IMG/VR virus record: IMGVR_UViG_2651869533_000044 | Location: 1-40,870 of that record | Source of the DNA: a virus | Length of the DNA: 40,870 nucleotides | Strand: one strand, 5' to 3' | Shown: positions 1 through 7,903 of the stretch, piece by piece | Layout: every line of letters begins with the position of its first letter | How positions within the stretch are numbered: position 1 is the stretch's first letter | Notes under the pieces: model-generated | What the model was told of the DNA's origin: nothing | Databases searched by the model: none | Seen by the model: the letters and a program-made list of their open reading frames with translations, nothing else | Made by a program: the position numbers and the translations under genes

Positions 1-101
1 TTACATAATTGCCTAGAATATGCAAAAAAGTCTTCGTCAAATTCTTTATTGCTCATAAAATCCTTATAAAATCAACATCTTCGGAATAGTATCCATTTGA
101 A
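1..101. repeat. 101-bp terminal direct repeat (copy 1), either a circular-assembly overlap or terminal redundancy
   Basis: Bases 1-101 (ttacataattgcc...tccatttgaa) recur exactly at 40770-40870. The minus-strand ORF starting at 40825 equals one starting at position 56, so genes read through the junction. Confidence 0.9.
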
Positions 102-394
102 GATCCGTGCCAACGAATAGTTACAGATCCTTTGATAGTAGAAATCTCATAAAATGTCCATGTATCAGAATCCCATTCATTGCGTGTGGCACTACTCCTG
201 GATTCGGCTCGTAGAATCGGACTGTCAATCAACCATTCGAGATCTCCGCAAATATCTTCTATTTCGACGGTTTCACAGCAATGTTGCTCATGACACATTT
301 TATATATCTCTGTATCAGATATGTAAAATATCAGCGCCGATTCCTGTCTAATAATCTTTTTGATTGTCTTTCCTTTTAGGATTTCAAATTCCAT
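53..394 (-). CDS. hypothetical protein (113 aa)
   Basis: Intact ORF whose stop overlaps the next ATG (TTATGA). It has a Cys-rich centre (HEQHCCETVE) and a C-terminal WHGSSNGYYSEDV block. No function recognised. Confidence 0.6.
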   Translation of the reverse strand: MEFEILKGKTIKKIIRQESALIFYISDTEIYKMCHEQHCCETVEIEDICGDLEWLIDSPILRAESRSSATRNEWDSDTWTFYEISTIKGSVTIRWHGSSNGYYSEDVDFIRIL

Positions 395-421
395 ATTGAT
401 CTAATCCTTTAAAATATCTAT

Positions 422-492
422 TTGAGGGAGAAGGATTCGAACCTCCGCCGCCGGAGCCAAATTCCGGAGTTCTACCACTGAACTATCCCTCA
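422..492 (-). tRNA. tRNA-Gln (anticodon UUG)
   Basis: Minus-strand cloverleaf. Acceptor UGAGGGA/UCCCUCA, D arm GUUC-AGUGGUA-GAAC, anticodon arm CCGGA-AUUUGGC-UCCGG, 4-nt variable loop, T arm GGAGG-UUCGAAU-CCUUC, discriminator A, no encoded CCA. U1:A72 is typical of bacterial tRNA-Gln. Confidence 0.75.
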
Positions 493-493
493 T

Positions 494-1660
494 CTAATCC
501 TTATATGGGTCATAATTTCGCGCATCTGCCATTGCTACCCCAATAGGTTTCAATGTATGCAATATTTTCACTGTGTCTTTGTGCGCGTCCAGAACTTCTT
601 CAATGCGTTTATACGCTTGCGGAGCTTCGTCCACGTCAGCCCCTCTGAGTTCAACTCCGGCTCTTTCAACCCAAGATCGCATCGCGTCTTTGCTAATAAG
701 TCCATCTGTGAGCTGTCTTCCAGTTTTTCTGTCTCTCTTTCCCTTGGCCTGATTTCTTCCCATACAGCGTCCTGCGCCGTGTATGGTCGATCGTAAGGAT
801 TGGATGGATGACTCGTGCTCGCCTCCCTCGAGTATGACGCTGATATCTCCCATAGATCCTCCAACAAAGCTTTTTTGACCAGGAAAGGCAGGAGTAGATC
901 CTTTTCTGATAACCCAGAGATCTCTACCAAAATGGTGTTCTTTCCAAGCAAAGTTGTGGTGGTTGTGAATCTCTTCGACGATGTTTCCTCTAAGAATTTG
1001 CGCAACTCGTTGACATACCCAATCTCTCCCTGCATAAGCATATCGTCCAGCAAGCTCCATACATTTGAGGTATGTGATCCCAAGCTCAGAGCTTTCATCA
1101 AAAACCACCGGATCTGCATGTACTCCATCTACGCCTCCTCCTTCTCTGACAAAATGAGTAGCGATAGAGTGTCCAAGGCCGCGAGAACCAAAATGCACAC
1201 CCACCCATACTCTGTCCAACTCATCGACGAAAATGTCAACATAGTGATTGCCACCGCCGACAGTACCAAGTTGGTTATAAGCTTTGTCTTTAAGATCTTT
1301 GAGGAGGTCGAGTTCAGCCCATATGCCTTCGTCAAAAATTTCGTGATCCACTTTCTCATTGTTTTGCCTTCCAATTCCAAAGCTAATGTGCTTTTGGATT
1401 TCGTTCATATTCCGATATATTCCTTCACGCACTACAGAAGCATCGCAATCCAATCTAACAGCTTTATTCCCACATGCGATGTCATAGCCCACACCATTGA
1501 CACAAATAGCCTTATCAAGCCCAATAACACTACCAACGGGTAGACTATAGCCAAGGTGCCCATCAGCACACAAAGCGCCACATACCGCATTTGATTTCTC
1601 CATGGCAGATTTCATCTGAGACATTACTTCATCTTCAACAATTCCGAAGGTCTTGATCAT
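494..1660 (-). CDS. rtcB: RtcB RNA 3'-phosphate/5'-OH ligase
   Basis: 388 aa with the RtcB signature blocks GYDIACG, GGGNHYVDIF, HFGSRGLGH, IHNHHNF, IRKGSTPA, GGSMGD and HGAGR. Confidence 0.93.
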   Translation of the reverse strand: MIKTFGIVEDEVMSQMKSAMEKSNAVCGALCADGHLGYSLPVGSVIGLDKAICVNGVGYDIACGNKAVRLDCDASVVREGIYRNMNEIQKHISFGIGRQNNEKVDHEIFDEGIWAELDLLKDLKDKAYNQLGTVGGGNHYVDIFVDELDRVWVGVHFGSRGLGHSIATHFVREGGGVDGVHADPVVFDESSELGITYLKCMELAGRYAYAGRDWVCQRVAQILRGNIVEEIHNHHNFAWKEHHFGRDLWVIRKGSTPAFPGQKSFVGGSMGDISVILEGGEHESSIQSLRSTIHGAGRCMGRNQAKGKRDRKTGRQLTDGLISKDAMRSWVERAGVELRGADVDEAPQAYKRIEEVLDAHKDTVKILHTLKPIGVAMADARNYDPYKD

Positions 1661-2205
1661 ACTTTCACTACAGGGTTAGGAAGGATATTAAATTTTTCTT
1701 TATATTCTATGACCATCGCGATCAGAGAAGATTTTTTTTCTAAAAATCCTTCTACTATATTGCACTGACGACAAAGAATCGCTCTAAATTCCCCGGTTTC
1801 ATGACAGTGATCCACTTGTGGTTTTCTTTCTGTATCCGTCACATCAAATTCCAAACCACAACATGCACATCTATTTTTTTGCTGAAAAAGAACCTTTTCA
1901 TACATTTCAAGAGTAATGCCATATTTTTTCTTTAAAGTCTGATTTTTTGCTTTTTCAGGAAAATTTTTCCTCCAGTGTTTTCCATGATCTTTAGATCTTT
2001 TTTTGATCTTTTCGGCATTTTCAACATAATATTTTTTGTCATATCCATTTAACTTTCTCTTCTCAAGGGCCTTTCTAGAATATGCGTAGGTCTTATTCTT
2101 GTTTTCAGAGCACCATCCCTTGATATATGCTTTAATTTTTTCTTTATTCTTAGAGTAATAATCTTTTGAATTATTCACTCTATCTTCTTTGTTTTTGTAT
2201 GGCAT
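1657..2205 (-). CDS. endonuclease VII-domain (HNH-like) nuclease, possible free-standing homing endonuclease
   Basis: 182 aa. The C-terminus CACCG...QVDHCHETGEFRAILCRQCN matches the T4 endonuclease VII-type motif. The N-terminal half is Lys-rich with repeated YY-x-N-x-EKIK units. There is a 4-nt overlap with the rtcB start. Confidence 0.75.
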   Translation of the reverse strand: MPYKNKEDRVNNSKDYYSKNKEKIKAYIKGWCSENKNKTYAYSRKALEKRKLNGYDKKYYVENAEKIKKRSKDHGKHWRKNFPEKAKNQTLKKKYGITLEMYEKVLFQQKNRCACCGLEFDVTDTERKPQVDHCHETGEFRAILCRQCNIVEGFLEKKSSLIAMVIEYKEKFNILPNPVVKV

Positions 2206-2212
2206 AATAACA

Positions 2213-2512
2213 TTACACTACCACAATTGGACTTGGAAGACCATTTAAACGTGGTGCAAAATAAGGCCAATATTGGTTATAAGGAACAACATTATAGGGA
2301 GGCGCGCATACAGCAACCATCCCTAATCCTCCTGATCCACCAACAGCGCCCTGCTCAGCACTATCAGGTAAAGGCCAAGGGAATTGACGAGCACGAGGAG
2401 GAATGGGGGTGCAAACCATACCAAGTCCCGCAAAAGGGCTACCATTTCCGCCTGCGCTGGTAATCTGTGACGGTGGATTCGGGGGGTTGTTGCCTGCCAT
2501 ATCGTGCTCCAA
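2213..2512 (-). CDS. hypothetical Gly/Pro-rich protein (99 aa)
   Basis: ORF in operon orientation with GGAG 8 nt upstream of the ATG. Low-complexity composition, so the coding status is only moderately supported. Confidence 0.45.
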   Translation of the reverse strand: MEHDMAGNNPPNPPSQITSAGGNGSPFAGLGMVCTPIPPRARQFPWPLPDSAEQGAVGGSGGLGMVAVCAPPYNVVPYNQYWPYFAPRLNGLPSPIVVV

Positions 2513-2534
2513 TTGGTTTTATCGACATACTTTC

Positions 2535-2543
2535 ATTATAGCA
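2535..2543 (-). promoter_or_regulatory. extended -10 promoter element (TGCTATAAT) on the minus strand
   Basis: The minus strand reads ..GGATATGCTATAATGAAAG.. in the 87-bp gap upstream of ORF 2213-2512. No good -35 was seen. Confidence 0.35.
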
Positions 2544-2599
2544 TATCCATACAATCATTATTGTTAACAAAGTCCACAATATCATTATTGAAAGGTATC

Positions 2600-2848
2600 T
2601 CATTGCAAAGGATTGTCTTTTAGGAAAGATCCAAAATTAGCAACGTCTTCGAAACATTCAGAATCAATATGTTTGATAAGCCCACCCATTAAATAATTAC
2701 AGAACTGCCTATCTTTAGGCTCCATGATTGCGTAACAAGTCCAAAAACAAGAAAGGAATGCTATCATAGCTTCACTCTTATCTCTCTTGTATTCCTTCAC
2801 GAACTTGTCTGTAAAATGCGCAACATCGTCTATCATTTGATAGCTCAT
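2600..2848 (-). CDS. hypothetical protein (82 aa)
   Basis: ORF overlapping the terminase stop by 4 nt (translational coupling). No motif recognised. Confidence 0.55.
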   Translation of the reverse strand: MSYQMIDDVAHFTDKFVKEYKRDKSEAMIAFLSCFWTCYAIMEPKDRQFCNYLMGGLIKHIDSECFEDVANFGSFLKDNPLQ

Positions 2849-4365
2849 TCAAACCTCGGATGATACTTATTGTACATTCTTTCTGCTTCTGCATCAGATA
2901 TCCCACTACTAGCACTATCTATGTGGTCTTTTATCGCTATAGCTGCATATCTAAACGCATCGGCTCCATGGCTGTATTTATTGTGGACAGGTCTGTTTTT
3001 ATACATGTCATGAACCGGATCGTATTCTTTTTTGTAGTTCTCTAGGCACTTAATTAACTTGTCGCATTTCTCGGCATCGATCCATACTCTGGGGAATATC
3101 TCGCGAGCAACGTTGATTCCCTCATCTAGACTGATATTTAATGTCGCAAGCTTTATGAGCGGAACTCCGAGGCCAGCGGCCACGCTTTTGATTGATTCAC
3201 GAGTGGCCATGCTCCTGTTTTCGATATCATGAGGTCCAAAATATCTGTCATATAAATAAGGTTTTGATTTGATAAGTGAGAGATAATGGGCAAAGCCTTC
3301 TCCCGAATTTTCGTAATAGTCGATAACATGAATTTCCTGTCCTATATTCTGCCAAAAAACTATAGCGCATGAATCAAGCATACCTGGGTCAAAAGCTACG
3401 CATACACGAGCTTCTCTATCCCAAGGAACTCGAACATTAGTGCCAATTCTACCTTCAAAACGAGCTTCCCCAATCCACTTAGCATAGAAAGAACCATCTA
3501 CAGAGCTTTCAAACGCTTCCTCTGGCGTAGATGGGTATTCCCGTCTTTGGTCGTCTTTTTGTATCAATAATTTCCTATAATACCAAGACTTTTTTTGTAC
3601 AGAAAGGTTTATGCCCTTCATTCGCAGTGATTCAAAATATTCTTCTATCTCTTTTGGGATTATGGTAGGCTCTGTCTCTTCGTAATCTTTGCAATCATAC
3701 CAAGGAAAAAAATGAAACCTATAATCGAGAGGACTCAATTTTTTACCCATTGTCTTATCAGCTTGGGCTACCTGGCAGATATCGTAAAAAGCTCCTTCCT
3801 TTCCCTCCGCAGTACTTTCGATGAAGATGTATTGTTTATTTGCGACCGTGTTCAAGCTTCCAGTGATGATTTCACGAGCTTTATCAGGATAGTGAGAGCA
3901 GATCTTTCCAAATTCACTTATATGGAGATATTGCAACGTACTACCCCGCATCGAAGTACCTACGCGCAAGCTAGAATTATTATTGAAAACCATTTCCCTG
4001 GCGCTATCCGTGGTAGCCGTGCGAAGGGACTTGATGCAATCTGGCATCTTGTCATACGCGAACTTGATGCGCTTGAAAATATGTTCAGCGTCCTCTCTAG
4101 TGTGTGCTATTATTCCAGCTGCAACATTGGATCTAAAAAGGCAGATATCCAAAAAGTAGAGACAGACAAAAGTAGAGATTCCGAGCTGTCGGGCTTTAAG
4201 TATCACATTAGAGAACCATATATTTTCATATAATTGCTTTTGAGCATAATTTAACTTAAACAGAGTTGCCGACCCATCTTTATCCACGATAGTATATAGA
4301 TTTTGTAATCTCCACAAAGGGTCCGGAAGATATTTGTGTAAGTCGGCAAGCTGTTCAGGAGTCAT
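2845..4365 (-). CDS. terL: terminase large subunit
   Basis: 506 aa. N-terminal ATPase blocks (ILKARQLGISTF, LQYLHISEF) and C-terminal nuclease blocks (VCVAFDPGMLDSCAIVF, SHGADAFRY). The size is typical. Confidence 0.85.
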   Translation of the reverse strand: MTPEQLADLHKYLPDPLWRLQNLYTIVDKDGSATLFKLNYAQKQLYENIWFSNVILKARQLGISTFVCLYFLDICLFRSNVAAGIIAHTREDAEHIFKRIKFAYDKMPDCIKSLRTATTDSAREMVFNNNSSLRVGTSMRGSTLQYLHISEFGKICSHYPDKAREIITGSLNTVANKQYIFIESTAEGKEGAFYDICQVAQADKTMGKKLSPLDYRFHFFPWYDCKDYEETEPTIIPKEIEEYFESLRMKGINLSVQKKSWYYRKLLIQKDDQRREYPSTPEEAFESSVDGSFYAKWIGEARFEGRIGTNVRVPWDREARVCVAFDPGMLDSCAIVFWQNIGQEIHVIDYYENSGEGFAHYLSLIKSKPYLYDRYFGPHDIENRSMATRESIKSVAAGLGVPLIKLATLNISLDEGINVAREIFPRVWIDAEKCDKLIKCLENYKKEYDPVHDMYKNRPVHNKYSHGADAFRYAAIAIKDHIDSASSGISDAEAERMYNKYHPRFE

Positions 4366-4775
4366 TATTCTTCGTCTTCTTCACAACCGGCACAGTCAGA
4401 TTGGTTTTCCGACTGTTTTTTAATCCAAACCTCCACTTTCCCATCATTAATACATCGATAAAGAGAATATCCTAATTTTTCATATTCCAATCTATAATTC
4501 TCTAAATCTTGCAAAAAAAACGAATCAGTGGAAATCAATTTGTAATCCTCTCTTTTACAAACAACTTCAAAAATTTCATTTTTATTTTTAATATGAATAA
4601 TTTGTCTTTTAAGAATTTCTATATCTCTTTTTAATTCATCGATTGTTTCCATAAGACATTTAATTTGTTTTGATTTAAAACACTCATTCATTCTTTGCCA
4701 CCATGTTAATTGGTTTAATTTAAAGTTCATAATCCATTCATCATTTATAATCATATACTTGCCATATAAATTCAT
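4365..4775 (-). CDS. hypothetical coiled-coil protein (136 aa)
   Basis: ORF directly upstream of terL with a TAATG overlap. Central heptad-like stretch (ETIDELKRDIEILKRQIIHIK) and an acidic Cys-containing tail. Confidence 0.55.
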   Translation of the reverse strand: MNLYGKYMIINDEWIMNFKLNQLTWWQRMNECFKSKQIKCLMETIDELKRDIEILKRQIIHIKNKNEIFEVVCKREDYKLISTDSFFLQDLENYRLEYEKLGYSLYRCINDGKVEVWIKKQSENQSDCAGCEEDEE

Positions 4776-4835
4776 TTACAGCTCAGCTCGTTTATGATAT
4801 CTTGTAACAATATAAATACTTCTTCCATATTATCC

Positions 4836-5492
4836 TCAAATTTCCACTCTTATAGCACCGTTTACTGGATCATAATTCTCATCCATGCGGGATGCATTAA
4901 CAAATATTGTCTGCAAACCTAAAATATCCGTTTGTTTTCCGAAAGATTCGTGAATATGACCAAATACATGTAACTTTGGATTTATCTTGATAACCGTATC
5001 TTTAAGCGATTTGCTTCCTACTGAAGAATTAGCACTTCGTCTATTGCAAACCTTGTCTAGTATTCCAAAAGGAGGGGAGTGAGTTACTAAAATATCGATA
5101 TCTTTAGGAATTAAAGACCATTTTTCAGACAACTCTTCATCTGTATCAACGGTGAAAGCTTTACAATTTGAGTTCATACCCTTGAAAGTTTTAGTCCAAG
5201 GAGAGCCCCATATCTTTAGATGTTGAAATTCGGTTCCTGAGTCGCACAGATATTCAAAAGAACCAGAAACCTTGCCTATAGGTCCTTGGTAATTCTCTTT
5301 ATTGGCTTTGTTGTCGTGATTTCCGGCGATTACTATCTTTTTCTTATATTTTTGTTCATCAACCCACTCGAAGAAGTCAAAGCATTCAGAAAGAGTGTCT
5401 GATAAAGTCCAATCTCCAGCTACGATAAGAAGATCACCTGAAGGAAGTTTCGGATGATCTCCATGCATATCTGATATGCATGTGATTTTCAT
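4836..5492 (-). CDS. calcineurin-like metallophosphoesterase
   Basis: 218 aa with all five metallophosphatase blocks: ISDMHG, VAGDWT, GNHD, THSPP, GHIHE. Confidence 0.88.
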   Translation of the reverse strand: MKITCISDMHGDHPKLPSGDLLIVAGDWTLSDTLSECFDFFEWVDEQKYKKKIVIAGNHDNKANKENYQGPIGKVSGSFEYLCDSGTEFQHLKIWGSPWTKTFKGMNSNCKAFTVDTDEELSEKWSLIPKDIDILVTHSPPFGILDKVCNRRSANSSVGSKSLKDTVIKINPKLHVFGHIHESFGKQTDILGLQTIFVNASRMDENYDPVNGAIRVEI

Positions 5493-6460
5493 AATTCATA
5501 GTCCAGGTTGATGGATTTAAAGCTAATCATCTTGCCGTTGATGTGCTCCCAAGATCTGATAACCACACCTTCACGGATATGTCCATTGGCATAATTGCCG
5601 GTAGCGAGCGAACCAATGTCGGTTTCGTCGAAATTATCCCTTACTGTTAGAATCCGTACGGTTGGAAATCCAATCTTCTCACAAAAGTCTATGAAATCGT
5701 ACCCGTCCAGATAGCTCCTCTCTTCGATATTGTAGGCGCTGAACGCTAACCCATCTATCTCAGAAAACCCCATTGGATTCTTTTGAATCTTGGGACCACA
5801 AGTCTCCCACTGAAGGGCGTATCCTTCCGGGAGAATCTCTCTGAGATTATACTTGTTGGCAACCTTCCAATAGCCATTATCACCCTCTTCCAACTCTAGA
5901 TTTCTACTGCACACACCAAACTCGCCTTTCCACTTATAAGCCGTTGTAGAAGATCCGTCGGCCTTCTCTGTGACGTAGTATCGATGTGCCCATAAAGACG
6001 CTATATCTTCTTCACAGCGCTGCCAGTTAGGCTCGTCTGTCTTTGGTATAAATGAGGGGAAGTTTCCTTTGCATTTCCCCTCTAAAGAGGCGGGAACCGG
6101 CTTAACATATTTGATAACTCCCATAACTTCGGTGAGGTCATCTCCAATCTCATCATCTGATGCAACCCAAGGTGTGATTACGCACTCAGAAGGAGCGCCT
6201 TTGAAACGACGCATCTTAACGCGCCAATTAGAGCTTCTTAGAAATTGTACAAGAGAAGATTCGGGAACTATTGCGTCCTGAAGATAGACAAGGCAGGTGT
6301 GACCTACTTCGAAGTCTTCTTTCCGAACGACTCCGCGCCACTTACCGCCTTTTCCGCACACAACAGTAGCAGAAACAATGAAATCAGCTCCTGGAATAGC
6401 TTCCATTGAGATAATCTTACCGACGAAGACAAGATTTTTATTATTCTGTTGAGTGTCCAT
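5489..6460 (-). CDS. ATP-dependent RNA ligase, DraRnl (DRB0094)-like
   Basis: 323 aa. An N-terminal OB-like segment is followed by nucleotidyltransferase motif I TEKADGSS (KxDG), motif IV EGVVIR and motif V ISFKSIN. There is a 4-nt overlap with the phosphoesterase gene. Confidence 0.75.
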   Translation of the reverse strand: MDTQQNNKNLVFVGKIISMEAIPGADFIVSATVVCGKGGKWRGVVRKEDFEVGHTCLVYLQDAIVPESSLVQFLRSSNWRVKMRRFKGAPSECVITPWVASDDEIGDDLTEVMGVIKYVKPVPASLEGKCKGNFPSFIPKTDEPNWQRCEEDIASLWAHRYYVTEKADGSSTTAYKWKGEFGVCSRNLELEEGDNGYWKVANKYNLREILPEGYALQWETCGPKIQKNPMGFSEIDGLAFSAYNIEERSYLDGYDFIDFCEKIGFPTVRILTVRDNFDETDIGSLATGNYANGHIREGVVIRSWEHINGKMISFKSINLDYEL

Positions 6461-6601
6461 ACCTCTTTACTCCAAGCCAACGTCTGTAATTTCTAGTTAA
6501 ACAGTTACATAGGTGCTTTCCTTCAGAATGATGAGTAATACCTACCCTAGCTTTCTTCTGAAGGAACTTTTTCTTAGATAATTGCTTCAAACGTGTAACC
6601 G

Positions 6602-6883
6602 TTACACCGACTCAGGATTGGGCAGAACATCGTCTACAGGAACTACAGACCTAACGATCAATTTGATCTCTTCAGTCTTCAGGAGGTACCTACACTTTCC
6701 GATAGAGAACCCGAAGAACTCTCCTTGGTAAGACTGGTCCACGGCAGATGCAATATCTTCGTCTTCGACTTCAAGTTGTGTTTCTAAAGTCAAATTTCTA
6801 TCGCACTTATATACGAATATCCATCGGAATTTTGTTGTTTTATCTTCTTCTTTTGGATTTTGTTTCTTGATTGCTTTTGCCAT
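6602..6883 (-). CDS. hypothetical protein (93 aa from MAKAIKKQ; the ORF track extends to 6916)
   Basis: GGAG lies 7 nt upstream of the ATG at 6883. The longer start at 6916 would overlap the predicted promoter. Confidence 0.5.
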   Translation of the reverse strand: MAKAIKKQNPKEEDKTTKFRWIFVYKCDRNLTLETQLEVEDEDIASAVDQSYQGEFFGFSIGKCRYLLKTEEIKLIVRSVVPVDDVLPNPESV

Positions 6884-6903
6884 CACAGACTCCTTTTTTT
6901 TGG

Positions 6904-6932
6904 ATCTTAATGGCACTTCGGATTTACGACAA
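6904..6932 (-). promoter_or_regulatory. sigma70-like promoter (TTGTCG-17-TAAGAT) for the leftward operon
   Basis: On the minus strand, TTGTCG is at 6932-6927 and TAAGAT at 6909-6904 with a 17-nt spacer, immediately downstream of the iteron cluster. Confidence 0.35.
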
Positions 6933-6968
6933 CTAATTACTTTAACACGTCTAAAATATTGTTTTGAC

Positions 6969-7078
6969 GTAAGGTTTTCTGTTAGGGTAATTTGGCAAAT
7001 TTTACTTGTCAGCGTAAGGTTTTCTGTTAGGGTATGTAAGGTTTTCTGTTAGGGTATGTAAGGTTTTCTGTTAGGGTC
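6969..7078 (+). repeat. four direct copies of the 21-bp iteron-like repeat GTAAGGTTTTCTGTTAGGGTA
   Basis: Copies start at 6969, 7014, 7036 and 7058. The last three are in exact 22-bp phase and the first lies 45 bp upstream. Confidence 0.9.
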
Positions 7079-7498
7079 TGCCCTATGAGATTTGACTCAT
7101 TAAGTTATTAAGATATTAATAACAGGGAGCCGTTTTGTACGGCCCCCCGTTATTTAAAAAAAGTAGATACATCAGCATTAAGATTTGGTAAATATATCAA
7201 TAAAATGCCGATTTCTGCTTGCAAGGTACCTAGAATTGATTTACACAGTCCCAGACGTGATTTGATATGTTTTTTGCATTATATTCGCTTAAATCGAAAA
7301 TTAGACGCGTTCTGAATCGTTTTTTTCGTGTCTGACACCCAGAAGATCGAAAACTTTACGGATTGCTCTTCTGGTAGAATTTTAAGTATTTCATATATAT
7401 AGGTCAGCTATCTGTCCAAATAGCATCTGTCAAGTTTTTGTCTTGTGTCAAGCCCTACCCCCTCCCCTATCCTTAAACCTGCCCCTCCCTCACCCCTA

Positions 7499-7558
7499 GT
7501 CTCGATTGTTACCCCTTCGGGGCTCGCGGAAGCGACAGGTCGCCTCCGTCTCGATTGT
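7499..7558 (+). other. GC-rich tetraloop-hairpin element flanked by 11-bp direct repeats (GTCTCGATTGT)
   Basis: GTCTCGATTGT occurs at 7499-7509 and 7548-7558. Between them lie CCCC-UUCG-GGGG, UCGC-GGAA-GCGA and GCGA-CAGG-UCGC hairpins. A C-tract region precedes it (7453-7495). Confidence 0.5.
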
Positions 7559-7656
7559 ACCAAAGGGTTTTTTTAAAGTATATTTATTTTTACAACCCTT
7601 TTCATTAGAAGCCTTCCGCTTTAGCTGAGGGAATATTCACCATACATCTAAATCAC

Positions 7657-7685
7657 TTGTAGTCTTTGGTGATCGCTGATAAAAT
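7657..7685 (+). promoter_or_regulatory. sigma70-like promoter (TTGTAG-17-TAAAAT) reading into the pentamer arrays and ORF 7904
   Basis: TTGTAG at 7657-7662, an exact 17-nt spacer, TAAAAT at 7680-7685. The first array starts about 20 nt downstream of the expected start site. Confidence 0.5.
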
Positions 7686-7709
7686 ACAACATTTTATTTT
7701 CTATTTCAA

Positions 7710-7880
7710 GGCTGGGCATGGCGAGGCCAGGCGAGTCAAGGCATGGCAAGGCTAGGCTGGGCATGGCCAGGCGAGGCTTTGCGTGGCGAGGCAAGGTTTA
7801 TTGGGGGCGAAAGCTCATATTTCAAGGCTGGGCGAGGCAGGGCAGGGCATGGCTAGTCGGGGCTAGGCATGGCGAGGTTT
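7710..7880 (+). repeat. (GGCNN)n pentamer arrays 1 and 2 (18 + 11 units) joined by a 26-nt GNRA-hairpin linker
   Basis: Array 1 is 7710-7799, the linker ATTGGGGGCGAAAGCTCATATTTCAA is 7800-7825, and array 2 is 7826-7880. Both arrays hold perfect 5-nt register within the block and end in GGTTT. Confidence 0.9.
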
Positions 7881-7903
7881 AACTTAACAAACAAGGAAAA
7901 AAA

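Noticed and set aside
1-101. Treating the 101-bp end duplication as a biological direct terminal repeat like those of T7
   Set aside because: An exact overlap of this length, falling in the middle of a gene, is just as consistent with an assembler closing a circular or circularly permuted genome. The two cannot be distinguished from sequence alone.
557-1543. Overlapping ORFs inside rtcB (557-796 +, 568-1128 -, 815-1543 +, 1129-1380 -)
   Set aside because: These are shadow frames of a gene with unambiguous RtcB motifs. Their composition is low-complexity and they lack ribosome-binding sites. The same reasoning applies to 3712-4233 and 2860-3045 inside terL, 20506-20823, 21299-21529, 24236-25636, 29396-29668, 31675-31965, 37280-37702 and similar antisense entries.
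6867-7052. 61-aa plus-strand ORF across the iteron cluster
   Set aside because: Its sequence (..VRFSVRVIW..VRFSVRV..) is just the translation of the tandem 21-bp repeats, and no start context is present.
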